The position numbers were made by a program, and so were the translations under genes. Below the pieces are notes generated by a model that saw nothing but the letters and a program-made list of their open reading frames with translations, ran no database searches and had not been told where the DNA came from. From positions 11,023 through 75,022 of the forward strand of contig JBAYMO010000001.1 of NCBI GenBank assembly GCA_041663485.1: 64,000 nt of DNA, in the 5' to 3' direction. Numbering within the stretch: the first letter of the stretch is position 1; each line of letters starts with the position of its first letter. Positions 31,007 through 40,594 of the stretch are shown in pieces. This stretch comes from Candidatus Buchananbacteria bacterium. GTDB taxonomy: Bacteria > Patescibacteriota > Patescibacteriia > Buchananbacterales > UBA6539.

Positions 31007-31795
31007 TTATAGCACCTCGTAAGTTACCATGACGTCAACTACAATATCTTGACTGCCAACTTCAACCGCCGGAGCCGGCGCCGCGCCACCCACACCCACA
31101 GCCGCCTCTGACTTCATGGAATAATCACGATAGACCGGCACAACAGAATTTTGCGTACTTTCGGCAAAAGAGACCAATTTACCTAATTTAACTCCCGCGA
31201 TTTTAGCCAAGGCTTCGGCTTTTTCTTTCGCGTTAGCCAGCGCCTTTTCTCGGGCTTGTTGTTTTAATTTTTCCGGTTCATCAATGGTAAAATTCAAGCT
31301 GCCGATTTGATTAGCCCCCAAAGTACCGGCCTGCGAAATGATACTGCCGATTTTGTCCAAATTTCTAATCTTAATCGTCACGGATTGTGACACTGTGTAG
31401 CCGCGCAAAACTTGCTGGCCGTTGCTGTAGTCGTAACGGGGATAAATATTGTAATTGGCAGTTTGAATATCTTTAGCGTCAATGCCGGCACCTTTAAGCT
31501 GCGCAATAATTTTATTCATCTTGTCGGTATTTTCTTTTTGCGCATCGGCTACTTTTTCTTTTTGAGTTTCAATGCCTAAAGAAATTTGGGCAATATCGGG
31601 CACGGCATTAATTTTGCCTTCGCCGTCGATGCTAATGGTGTAAGTCTGCTGACTCTCGCGGCCAATGTAATCATGCTTTTTGACTTCATTCCAAGTTAAC
31701 ACCGACATAAATACTACGAGAAAAACTGTAACAATGGTGCCAAGAATTTTCCAAACCGGCACATGATTACAGCAACATTTTTTTTCGTCTTCCAT
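31007..31795 (-). CDS. SIMPL domain (DUF541) protein
   Basis: GEGKINAVPDIA, DIQT..YNIYPRY, AREKALANAKEKAE. Confidence 0.9.
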   Translation of the reverse strand: MEDEKKCCCNHVPVWKILGTIVTVFLVVFMSVLTWNEVKKHDYIGRESQQTYTISIDGEGKINAVPDIAQISLGIETQKEKVADAQKENTDKMNKIIAQLKGAGIDAKDIQTANYNIYPRYDYSNGQQVLRGYTVSQSVTIKIRNLDKIGSIISQAGTLGANQIGSLNFTIDEPEKLKQQAREKALANAKEKAEALAKIAGVKLGKLVSFAESTQNSVVPVYRDYSMKSEAAVGVGGAAPAPAVEVGSQDIVVDVMVTYEVL

Positions 31796-31805
31796 AAATT
31801 TTAAA

Positions 31806-33041
31806 TTAATTTTTAATAATATTTTTTAAAGCGGGCAAAATTTTTCCCGACATTAATTCCAAGCTGGCGCCGCCACCGGTTGAAATATGGCTGAATTTCC
31901 CCTCAAGCTTGTATTTAGCCACCACCATTTCCGTATCGCCGCCGCCAATGACCGACATGGCCTTGCTCCTGGCCACCGCCTCCGCAATTTTTCTGGTGCC
32001 AAAAGCGAATTTGTCAATTTCAAAAACACCCATGGGTCCGTTCCAAAAAATTGTCTTGGCCTGTTTTAATTCAAATAAATAATTGGCAATGGTTTTAGGT
32101 CCAATATCCAAAAACATCCACCGCTTATCAATTTTTTGATGATTTTGTAAATCAACCATTTCCACCAAAGAATGCTGGTCAATTTTATTGCCCGAGAGCA
32201 TATCAACCGGTAAAACAATTTTTTGTTTATGATGTTTTAATAAATCTTTGGCAAATTTTACGATATCGACATTTTTTCTTTTGGCCTTATCAACAAAGGA
32301 TGATTCCACCAGAGATTTACCAATTTCAAAACCCTGGGCTTTTAAAAATACGTTGGCGGCGCCCCCGCCGATCAAAACTTTATCGGCTACTTTGATTAAA
32401 TGGTCTAAGACGGCAATTTTGTCTGACATTTTAGCGCCGCCCAGAACGACCACGAAAGGTTTTTGGGGGTTTTGAGCCACGCCAGTTAAAACTTTTATTT
32501 CCTTTTGCAGCAAGAACCCGGCATAACTCGGCAATAATTCCGTAATCCCCGTCGTCGAAGCATGGACGCGATGAGCCTGAGCGAACGCGTCAAAGCAAAT
32601 TAAATCACTGCCATGAACCAAAAGCTTGGCGAATAATTTATTATTTTCTTCTTCCTGGTGATAAAATCTGACATTTTCCAGCATAACAATCTCCCCGGCC
32701 TTCATCTTACTGATTTTTTCGAAAACCTTTGGTCCCACGCAATCATCCAGCTTCTTTACCGGTTTTTTAATTAACTTCGCTAAGGCCTTAGCCACCGAAT
32801 CCATTTTCAATTTTTCCACCATTTTGCCGTCCGGCCGACCCAACCACGATAAAACCACCACTCGACATTTGTTTTTCAAAAGAAATCTTAAGGTGGGCAA
32901 AGTCTCTCTAATTCTACGATCATCAAATACTTGCCAACTTCCATCTTTTAAGACTAATGGCAAATCATAAGCCACGCGAAATAAAACCGTCTTGCCTCTT
33001 AAATTTTTTACCTCCCTGATTGATTTAAGTTTCATTATCAA
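31806..33041 (-). CDS. pgk: Phosphoglycerate kinase (atypical substrate-site residues)
   Basis: LENVRF, GGAK, WNGPMGVFE, GGGDT, STGGGA. Confidence 0.92.
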   Translation of the reverse strand: MIMKLKSIREVKNLRGKTVLFRVAYDLPLVLKDGSWQVFDDRRIRETLPTLRFLLKNKCRVVVLSWLGRPDGKMVEKLKMDSVAKALAKLIKKPVKKLDDCVGPKVFEKISKMKAGEIVMLENVRFYHQEEENNKLFAKLLVHGSDLICFDAFAQAHRVHASTTGITELLPSYAGFLLQKEIKVLTGVAQNPQKPFVVVLGGAKMSDKIAVLDHLIKVADKVLIGGGAANVFLKAQGFEIGKSLVESSFVDKAKRKNVDIVKFAKDLLKHHKQKIVLPVDMLSGNKIDQHSLVEMVDLQNHQKIDKRWMFLDIGPKTIANYLFELKQAKTIFWNGPMGVFEIDKFAFGTRKIAEAVARSKAMSVIGGGDTEMVVAKYKLEGKFSHISTGGGASLELMSGKILPALKNIIKN

Positions 33042-33160
33042 GTTTTTAATTATTTCGTCTTCAAAATAATTACTTCGGTATTGAAATTATAACATAAAAA
33101 GCCAGGATTCAGCAAGGCAAAATTTAAAAATAATGATTAACAAATTCTAGCCGCTCACGA

Positions 33161-33415
33161 CTACTCCCCTTCAATCTCCACCAGCTTCCAGGTGCTGCCC
33201 GCTACCGGTCTGATTTCAATTTCTGCCATTTTAGCCGGAGTTTGACTGGCCAGCAATTTCAAATTATAGGCTAAATTTTCTGGATTTATCTCCTGACTAT
33301 GCTCAACAACAGAGCCAAGTTCAATCACTATTTTTTTTATTTCTTTGATTTTGTTTTCGGCCGCCTTTTCTAAAACTAATTTCAAAATCAAATCGGCCGC
33401 GTGAAGATCATGCAT
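33161..33415 (-). CDS. hypA: Truncated HypA-like nickel chaperone lacking the Zn-finger
   Basis: Starts MHD (HypA MHE Ni site) at 33415 and ends LVEIEGE. No CxxC. Directly after the large subunit. Confidence 0.75.
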   Translation of the reverse strand: MHDLHAADLILKLVLEKAAENKIKEIKKIVIELGSVVEHSQEINPENLAYNLKLLASQTPAKMAEIEIRPVAGSTWKLVEIEGE

Positions 33416-33432
33416 AAAAAAATAATTATTAT

Positions 33433-34719
33433 TTAATGAGTCGCGCAAGAAATGCAAGGATCATACGCGCGAATCATAGCTCGAATTTTTTGTTCACGTT
33501 CCGTCGCATTCATCTGAGCCAAGCCTGGCATATACGTCATTAAATCCTGTTCAATATTATTTAAAAATTGAACCGTCGGTGTGATAATGTCGGCTTTGAC
33601 AATAATACCATTCTCATCGATTCGCAACATATCATACAATATGCCCCGAGGCGCTTCCATAATTGAATATCCGGTTCTAACTTTACCCAAAGGATTGGCG
33701 CCGGCAATTAAATTTAATTTCTTAGCCAAACTTTCTTCGGGTTTTAAATTTTTAATTATGTCTTTTAATAATAATCCGGCGGTTTCTGTGGCATGAACTA
33801 ACTCAATGGCTTGAGCCAAGACGTTGTAAAAAGTATTATAAATGGGAAATTCTAATTTTAAATCAGCTACCACCTTTTTGGCCAAAGGGCTGAGCCGATT
33901 GTGATTAATATTTAATCTGGCTAATGCGCCCACCATAAAACTCTTACCTTTATAATTGGCCCGCTTGGCTGCCGTGGCCAACAGCTGGTATTCATCAATG
34001 GCTTTACCGTAGTGATTAGCGCCAATAATCTTGCCTGATAAAAATTTTACTTGCCCGTCATAAATAGCATATTCTTTACTATTTACCAAACAGGCATATT
34101 CTTGTTCTCGATAAAAATTTGGTATGGGCATTCTCGAAGCAAATAAAACCAGATTCATCGCCGATTCCATGGCTTGTTCCCAGTCGCCTAGAATCTCTTG
34201 TAATTTTTTCTTTTTAGGCAAAACTTTGAAACCGCCAACCTCACAGGCAATCGGATGAACGGCGCGGCCGGCTACCGCTTCTAAAATCGCTAAAGCAAAT
34301 TGTCGACTATTAATAGCCGCCTGGGCTTCGGTGGGGTGATTTTTAATAAAATCAAGATCATCTTTGACGCCATAAAAATCCGGCATGGATAAAAAATAAA
34401 GGTGCAAAGCGTGACTATGGATGACCTGGCATAATTCCATTAATTTTCGCAACCTAACTGTTTGGTCGCTGGGATGTAAATTAAAAGCGTCTTCAATACA
34501 CTTGATAGTATTTAAAGAATGAACAACCGGACAAATACCACAAATCCTGGCGGTAATAATCGGCACATCACTATAGTGCCGACCAACCAAAATGCTTTCG
34601 ATTAATCTCACACCCTCAGTAGTTTTTATTTTGGCCGCAGCCATGTCACCATCAAAAATATCACCAATAAAATCGGCATGACCTTCCATTTTCGCCAGAT
34701 GATTAATGACTATTTTCAT
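33433..34719 (-). CDS. NiFe hydrogenase large subunit (group 3b-like)
   Basis: KMEGH, L1 motif RICGICP, EAPRG, L2 motif DPCISCATH at the C-terminus. Confidence 0.93.
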   Translation of the reverse strand: MKIVINHLAKMEGHADFIGDIFDGDMAAAKIKTTEGVRLIESILVGRHYSDVPIITARICGICPVVHSLNTIKCIEDAFNLHPSDQTVRLRKLMELCQVIHSHALHLYFLSMPDFYGVKDDLDFIKNHPTEAQAAINSRQFALAILEAVAGRAVHPIACEVGGFKVLPKKKKLQEILGDWEQAMESAMNLVLFASRMPIPNFYREQEYACLVNSKEYAIYDGQVKFLSGKIIGANHYGKAIDEYQLLATAAKRANYKGKSFMVGALARLNINHNRLSPLAKKVVADLKLEFPIYNTFYNVLAQAIELVHATETAGLLLKDIIKNLKPEESLAKKLNLIAGANPLGKVRTGYSIMEAPRGILYDMLRIDENGIIVKADIITPTVQFLNNIEQDLMTYMPGLAQMNATEREQKIRAMIRAYDPCISCATH

Positions 34720-34731
34720 AAAATAATTTTA

Positions 34732-35568
34732 TTACTTTTTAACAATCAAATCCTTTGGCGTTTGTTCAGAGCGCCATTCTTTTTGAGCCTGATCCAACCA
34801 GTCATCCTTGACCCCAAAAACTTCTAAAACTTTTTTTACTTCAGCGGCGTCATGGCCGGCCAGAAAACAATTTTTAACAAACTTATCAACGTCGGGTTCT
34901 TCCAATAATCCACGGCAACCCCAACAAGGCTGTTTGCTATTCAAACACACCGCATTGCAACCACCCAAAGTAATTGGTCCACAGCATAAATCACTATTTT
35001 GCAATAAACATTCATTGCCGTTAAATTGACATTCCAAGCAAACTGGATTTTGAGCAATGAAGGGTTTCTTGCCGGCCAAAATCTGCAAAACAATATTTAA
35101 AAACTCTTCACCGTTGATCGGACAAGTCGGAATTGTAAAATCAACTTTGACAATTTTGTTAATTGGTAAAATATCTAAATTATCAATTCCTTCCGGTTTT
35201 TCATAAACCTCGCCTAAGGCTCGATATCGTCCTACCCAATTTTTCATCCGATGAATACCGCCGGTATGAGCACAGTTGCCCAAAACAATTAGCATCTTGG
35301 ATTTTTTTCTAAGTTCCTTTAATGTTTTTAAATTATTTTTTGTTACCACTGAGCCTTCCACAAAACAAACATCAAACGGCCCAAGCTCGGGCGGATCTTC
35401 TTTGACAAACCTCCATTGAACCAAATCAATTCTTTTGGCCAATTCCAAAAATCTCTGGCCTAAATCCAAAATAGCGAATTCGCATCCCTCGCAACAAGTC
35501 AGGCCAATAATTCCCACTCTCGGTTTAGCAATTTGATTAGACTTAGACGAAAATATTTTTTTAAACAT
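34732..35568 (-). CDS. NiFe hydrogenase small (delta) subunit
   Basis: CCEGC, EGSV, GNCA, TCP, distal CLEC...CCGP...C...PCWGCRG. Confidence 0.9.
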   Translation of the reverse strand: MFKKIFSSKSNQIAKPRVGIIGLTCCEGCEFAILDLGQRFLELAKRIDLVQWRFVKEDPPELGPFDVCFVEGSVVTKNNLKTLKELRKKSKMLIVLGNCAHTGGIHRMKNWVGRYRALGEVYEKPEGIDNLDILPINKIVKVDFTIPTCPINGEEFLNIVLQILAGKKPFIAQNPVCLECQFNGNECLLQNSDLCCGPITLGGCNAVCLNSKQPCWGCRGLLEEPDVDKFVKNCFLAGHDAAEVKKVLEVFGVKDDWLDQAQKEWRSEQTPKDLIVKK

Positions 35569-36340
35569 ATAAATTAGCTAGATTTAAATTATACTTAGTC
35601 CATTTCTCTAAATTTTGTTTTTGTTCTTGAGATAAATAATCGCAAACCCAACCCCAATGAATTGATACAAAATCCCCAACTTTCAGCTCAGCCACAAATG
35701 ATTTATTATTTACTTCAAGCCAAACCTCCCTTTCAATCGGCTCAGCCAAAACTAATTTATCGCCCGCAACCGCTAACGGTTGGTATTCAATAATAATTCC
35801 TTTGGTTAAATTATTTAAATCCTTAATTTCTGATTTCTGTTCTTTAACTTTTCCCCACCCAATCCGACATTCATCCATGGTTTTAATGGTATGCTCCAAG
35901 GGATAGTGGCCGGTTCGTTTGGGAATATTTAAAACATGAAAACTGTGATGCGGCTTGGCTCCAACCGGAATTTTGCCAAAAATTTTTTCGACCAGGGCGG
36001 GTTTAAGTTTCTTTTTTAATTTTTGTTCATCAACTAAATACTGATAAAAATTTTGCATGGAAACATTTTCCAATAATTCATTGCCCAGCCAATAAGCCTC
36101 AACCACTTTATAATCAAACGGGTCAAGAATTTTATTTGCCTCAGCAATTAAGCGCAAATACGGAAACATGGTTTCAAATTCCCTTAACATGTTTTTCAAG
36201 CCATCATCGCTGACGGCTTGGGCCGCATATTCAAACAGTTCGGCATTGCTATCCCCGCCGCAATAACGCAGCTTATTGGGCATAAAAGCGTAACGGGCGG
36301 CTAATAGGACTCCATCTGAATTTCTAATATTATCCGACAT
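35561..36340 (-). CDS. Hydrogenase-associated protein (DUF6390-like) with HypC-like C-terminus
   Basis: ARYAFMPNKLRYCG, EAYWLGN, PHHSFHV, CRI, VGDFVSIHWG. Family name is from recall. Confidence 0.7.
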   Translation of the reverse strand: MSDNIRNSDGVLLAARYAFMPNKLRYCGGDSNAELFEYAAQAVSDDGLKNMLREFETMFPYLRLIAEANKILDPFDYKVVEAYWLGNELLENVSMQNFYQYLVDEQKLKKKLKPALVEKIFGKIPVGAKPHHSFHVLNIPKRTGHYPLEHTIKTMDECRIGWGKVKEQKSEIKDLNNLTKGIIIEYQPLAVAGDKLVLAEPIEREVWLEVNNKSFVAELKVGDFVSIHWGWVCDYLSQEQKQNLEKWTKYNLNLANLYV

Positions 36341-36361
36341 TAATTTTTTTCTAAATTTTAC

Positions 36362-37267
36362 TTAATTTTCCTGAATAATTTTTTTAACCAAAAACTTTTT
36401 TTCAAAAATCAAAATGCAAGCAACACCCCCTAAAATAATTATCAATCCCATAAATTTTTCAACCGCTAATAATTTGTGCGTCACAAAAACCGAATTCAAT
36501 ATGGTCGTTACTGGCGACGCTAAAACTAAAATGCAAGCCGTTAGCGTCGCTGGCATCATTTTTAGACCGCGATACCAAGTTATTACATAAGCCGTCAAAA
36601 GAATTGAAGCGAGTAATAGCCACGACCACTGGACTGAATTTAAATTGGTTAAGCCGGACAAATCATTGGTCAGCCACAAAAATCCCAAAAGAAACCAAGC
36701 ACCGAAAAACATTCTCCCCCAGGCTACCACCAAAGAGTCCAATTTAAACAAAGTTTTTTTGACAATCACTGTTTCCGTGGCCCAAAACAGCGTAGCCAAC
36801 AAAATCAAAGTTTCGGCCAGACCCCAGCTCAAACCCTTGAAACCTTCAAACACCATATTGCCATAAAGTAAAACTCCCAAGGCAACAAATTGCCACCAAG
36901 AAACTTTTTCTTTCAAAAATGGCCAGGCTAAAATTGCCACCCAAACAAATAATGTTTTGTGAATAAATGAAGCACTAGTGGAAGAAGTCAAGCTTAAGCC
37001 CTTAAAAAATAACAAAAAAGGAATACTACCGCCAATCAAACCAATCAGGGCTAAATTTAACCAATCTTTAATTTCTAACAGTTTTAATTTCCTAAAAATC
37101 CAGGGAGATAAAATAACCAAAGACAAGACCAAGGCGACTAAAATATTTTTTAGGGTTGTGTATTGAAAAGAATCCTTACCGACCACGCTCATGGCGAATT
37201 TATTAAAAAAATTAGCCAATCCGGAAATAATTGCCGTAATTAAAACTAAATAAAAACCTTTTTTCAT
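36362..37267 (-). CDS. DMT/EamA family transporter
   Basis: About 10 TM helices in two repeats, inside the hydrogenase locus. Confidence 0.85.
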   Translation of the reverse strand: MKKGFYLVLITAIISGLANFFNKFAMSVVGKDSFQYTTLKNILVALVLSLVILSPWIFRKLKLLEIKDWLNLALIGLIGGSIPFLLFFKGLSLTSSTSASFIHKTLFVWVAILAWPFLKEKVSWWQFVALGVLLYGNMVFEGFKGLSWGLAETLILLATLFWATETVIVKKTLFKLDSLVVAWGRMFFGAWFLLGFLWLTNDLSGLTNLNSVQWSWLLLASILLTAYVITWYRGLKMMPATLTACILVLASPVTTILNSVFVTHKLLAVEKFMGLIIILGGVACILIFEKKFLVKKIIQEN

Positions 37268-37272
37268 AAATA

Positions 37273-37464
37273 TTATTTTAAATATTCGTTAATCTCTTTG
37301 GCTTCTTGATCAGAAATTTTAGTTAAAGCCAAATTGGCGTTAGCCAAAACCCAATCTCCAGCTTTAACTTTTTTTATCAAAGCAACATTAATCATTCGGC
37401 CATCAGCTAATTCGGCCACCTGTCCATTAACCTTTTTAATTTTTTGCGGCTTGGTTAAACACAT
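37273..37464 (-). CDS. hypC: HypC/HybG/HupF-like chaperone
   Basis: N-terminal MCL, then VKAGDWVL...ISDQEA. Confidence 0.8.
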   Translation of the reverse strand: MCLTKPQKIKKVNGQVAELADGRMINVALIKKVKAGDWVLANANLALTKISDQEAKEINEYLK

Positions 37465-37729
37465 AAATTACTACCCGGCCAAGAAAAAATAAAATACTAA
37501 AAACCAATATTACCCCCAAAACTCCGGCCAGACTTGAAGCCAGCCAAGTTTGGCCAATACCGGGAATTAGATATTCAGAAAAAAGACCGGGGAAATAATT
37601 ATTACTTTTTTGTATAAAACCCAAATTCTCCGCCACATACTCCAAACCATCGGGAAAAGAAAAAGCTGCTAGTGAAACCACGCCGCCGCAAAATAACGAA
37701 AACAATAATATCTTATTCCGTCTTTTCAT
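37436..37729 (-). CDS. PDGLE-domain protein (NikN/CbiN-like)
   Basis: PDGLE motif between two TM helices, after cbiM. Confidence 0.85.
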   Translation of the reverse strand: MKRRNKILLFSLFCGGVVSLAAFSFPDGLEYVAENLGFIQKSNNYFPGLFSEYLIPGIGQTWLASSLAGVLGVILVFSILFFLGRVVIYVFNQAAKN

Positions 37730-38417
37730 AAAAAAATAATTTGATGGCAAAAATAGTTATTATGGCTTCAGCCAAACCAATTAAGACATGGACTTTTAGC
37801 ATCGCCCAAAAAACTAAATTAAAAGAAATGTTGCCGGATAATCCAAGTTCAACCGAACAAGCCGTGGCAGCCAAAACTACTGAAAGCCAACTGGCCAAAC
37901 CAATGGCTAAAAATTTATTATGACTCTTTTGATAAATATAAGAATAAATTAAAAAACTAAACAACACGCCAATTATTCCCATATTAAAAATATTGGCACC
38001 CAAAGCGATTATGCCCCCATCCGAAAAAACCAAGGATTGAACGGCCAAAACCGATGCAATAGCCAATAACCCGGTCCAAGGTCCTAAAACAACAGCCGCC
38101 AAAACTCCGCCCAAAAAATGTCCGGAAGTTCCATACTGCACCGGAAAATTCAGCATCTGCAAAGCAAAAATAAATGACGCCACCAAAGCCAGTTGTTCAA
38201 CTTTTTTGTTCGCTTGATTTTTGGCTCTGAATTTGGTCAAAAATTCAGGTGAACAAAATTTTTGTCCAATATTGGTTTGGATCTGGGGCAATAATATTTT
38301 GACTTTTTCAAAGTTTGAATTAAAAAAATTTTTAAAAGCCTGACCTAAAAATCCGGCGGAAACCGCCGCTAAAATAAAGCTGGTCTGATTGGACAAAAAT
38401 TGATCAGGCAAATGCAT
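37713..38417 (-). CDS. CbiM/NikM ECF substrate-binding component (Ni/Co)
   Basis: N-terminal MHLPD, QMLNFPV..GTSGH, DGGIIALGAN. Confidence 0.9.
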   Translation of the reverse strand: MHLPDQFLSNQTSFILAAVSAGFLGQAFKNFFNSNFEKVKILLPQIQTNIGQKFCSPEFLTKFRAKNQANKKVEQLALVASFIFALQMLNFPVQYGTSGHFLGGVLAAVVLGPWTGLLAIASVLAVQSLVFSDGGIIALGANIFNMGIIGVLFSFLIYSYIYQKSHNKFLAIGLASWLSVVLAATACSVELGLSGNISFNLVFWAMLKVHVLIGLAEAIITIFAIKLFFYEKTE

Positions 38418-38437
38418 AAATATTTTTTTAAATTGGC

Positions 38438-38578
38438 TTATTTTTTCTTAAAAATCATGGCAATACCAATGACTAATACCGCCATCGGCCAAACGATATC
38501 CCAGTTAACCCCGGGAATCATGCCAAGATTTTTCATCAAAAAAATTGCACCAATCACGACTAAAGCAATACCAAACAT
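38438..38578 (-). CDS. Small two-TM membrane protein (LiaI/LiaF-TM, DUF5668-like), 46 aa
   Basis: Manual translation MFGIALVVIGAIFLMKNLGMIPGVNWDIVWPMAVLVIGIAMIFKKK. Confidence 0.75.
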   Translation of the reverse strand: MFGIALVVIGAIFLMKNLGMIPGVNWDIVWPMAVLVIGIAMIFKKK

Positions 38579-38594
38579 AAAACAATATTATTTA

Positions 38595-38684
38595 TTATTT
38601 TTTCTTTTTCTTAGCAGCTGGTTTCTTTTTTTTGGCTGGTGCTTTCTTGCTCGCACAGCCGCTGCAACATGAACAACATGGCAT
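38595..38684 (-). CDS. Cys-rich/Lys-rich micropeptide (29 aa)
   Basis: Manual translation MPCCSCCSGCASKKAPAKKKKPAAKKKKK. Tandem TAA stops; fills the gap in the operon. Confidence 0.6.
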   Translation of the reverse strand: MPCCSCCSGCASKKAPAKKKKPAAKKKKK

Positions 38685-38705
38685 AAGATTATATATAATT
38701 AATTA

Positions 38706-40538
38706 TTAAATTATTCCTTCCCGAACCAGCATCCTGGCGTGTTCCCGCGGTAGAAATACTTCATTCTCGCGCCAATCAACTCGATTGCAAAATTCCAATA
38801 CCGATTTTTTTACCCATGTATCAATTATTTTTTCCGGCGGTAATTTGGTTAAATATTGCATTTTCTTATCACCACTTTTTTCGATATCTTCGGCAACTTC
38901 CGCCTGATGATCGACTAGTAAGACCTCACGGTAATAATTGCTTATTGTATCTTCAAAATTACTTTCAAATCCCCCGAAATGCCGGCCGCTGGCGATAATA
39001 CCAGGAAAAACTTTCGCAATCTCCCTTACTATTTCACGTTCGCGTCGCCGGCTGTCTTCCTCATCGGACCAAGCGTCCGTGCCAACACGTTTAAAAATGA
39101 CATTATATTTTTTTCTCAAAATATTTTTTACTAAATCAGTCATTTCAGTCGAGGACGGCACAAATTCAATCTGATCATTCTCACTATTTTTTGCCAAATT
39201 TTCTTCAGCCAGTCCGGTAGAAATTACGGTAGAATTTTTTGGAATTTTAATTCCCAATTTATTTGGATCAACCACCCAATATGTATCAGCCGGCATAAAA
39301 TTAGCCATTACACCATTTTCTTTTACCATTTGACCCAATGGCGCAAGAATACCAATATTACTTTTATCCCATTCCCCAGGGCCGATAAATCCCGCCGTGG
39401 CAATACCGTCGATGGCAAAATGCTCGGTAATTCGTCCAACTTTATTGCCAGTGGCCCCAGAATGCGTCGGAATTATCCAGTCGCCCGATTCCTGATCAAA
39501 GATTGGTTCATAGGCCGTCATGTGAATTGCGACGTGCTGGTCAAGCGCCTCAACCAAACGCTCCGGAATTTCCACTTCTTCGCCATTTTTATGGCGCTCA
39601 ATAAAATCTTCGAGATCTGCGATTACAGAAGAAATTTCTACGGCCTGTTTGCGAAAATTTTCTTTTTCATATTCCATCTTTGATTTAGATTCCGATTCTT
39701 GGATACTAGTTAAATTGATTTTATATCCAGCTAACACTAACTTACATTGACGAACCAGAAAAGGTGGCGAAAAATGTTTTTTCTTTTCTAATTCTTGCTG
39801 TAAATCCGCTGATATTCTTTTGTCGCCTAACAACGCCTGCAAAATTAGATTCCTGGCATTTTGAGAATTATCTCTTAAAATGCCGCTTTCATCAAAACTT
39901 AAAGCAATAATCATATCTTCCAAAACTTCGGTTTTTACCACATCGATTTCCGAGGCTGAAAACTGACCTTCCGGGAAAGAATTTCTGATCATGACCGCCA
40001 AGTCAGCCAATGACTTAGGCTGGCCATCAGCAACAAAAACGGCGCTACCTTTACTTGCGGCTTTCCTTAAATTATCCAGTTCGGCTTTTCTTAGGCCGGT
40101 TTTTGGTTTGGGATAATCCGCTTCCGATGGATTAATCCGGTATTCTTTAAAATTATATCCACCGGCCCTACACTGATAGTTGACATTAACCTGAGGATGA
40201 TATGGTTTAGTATATTCTCCGCTGAGATTTATATCATAAACCGCAGCGGCACTTTTTTCTAGACTAACTTTATTTTCCTTGATTTTTTCCGGCTCCCTGG
40301 CGTAAGGCACATCGCCGACCATCACTGCAACTTTATCTTTTACCATCTCCGGATCAAACAAATTTTCCTGGTCTTTGAAATAAACCGAAATTCTGGCATC
40401 ACCAATCTTATAAACATATTCGTTATACTGCAAACCGCTACTGTCTTGGCGTTCAATTGTTTCTACTTCAAACTTCGGCTGGGGCTCCACCTCAAACCCG
40501 ACTTCAGCTAAATTTTTTGATATTTCTCGACGCTCCAT
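38706..40538 (-). CDS. Large acidic hypothetical protein inside the hydrogenase locus
   Basis: 610-aa ORF with no confident family. Confidence 0.75.
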   Translation of the reverse strand: MERREISKNLAEVGFEVEPQPKFEVETIERQDSSGLQYNEYVYKIGDARISVYFKDQENLFDPEMVKDKVAVMVGDVPYAREPEKIKENKVSLEKSAAAVYDINLSGEYTKPYHPQVNVNYQCRAGGYNFKEYRINPSEADYPKPKTGLRKAELDNLRKAASKGSAVFVADGQPKSLADLAVMIRNSFPEGQFSASEIDVVKTEVLEDMIIALSFDESGILRDNSQNARNLILQALLGDKRISADLQQELEKKKHFSPPFLVRQCKLVLAGYKINLTSIQESESKSKMEYEKENFRKQAVEISSVIADLEDFIERHKNGEEVEIPERLVEALDQHVAIHMTAYEPIFDQESGDWIIPTHSGATGNKVGRITEHFAIDGIATAGFIGPGEWDKSNIGILAPLGQMVKENGVMANFMPADTYWVVDPNKLGIKIPKNSTVISTGLAEENLAKNSENDQIEFVPSSTEMTDLVKNILRKKYNVIFKRVGTDAWSDEEDSRRREREIVREIAKVFPGIIASGRHFGGFESNFEDTISNYYREVLLVDHQAEVAEDIEKSGDKKMQYLTKLPPEKIIDTWVKKSVLEFCNRVDWRENEVFLPREHARMLVREGII

Positions 40539-40594
40539 ATTAAATACTCAATTATTATTTATTGTTGATTAATTACCCTTTTGATCGGTATATT

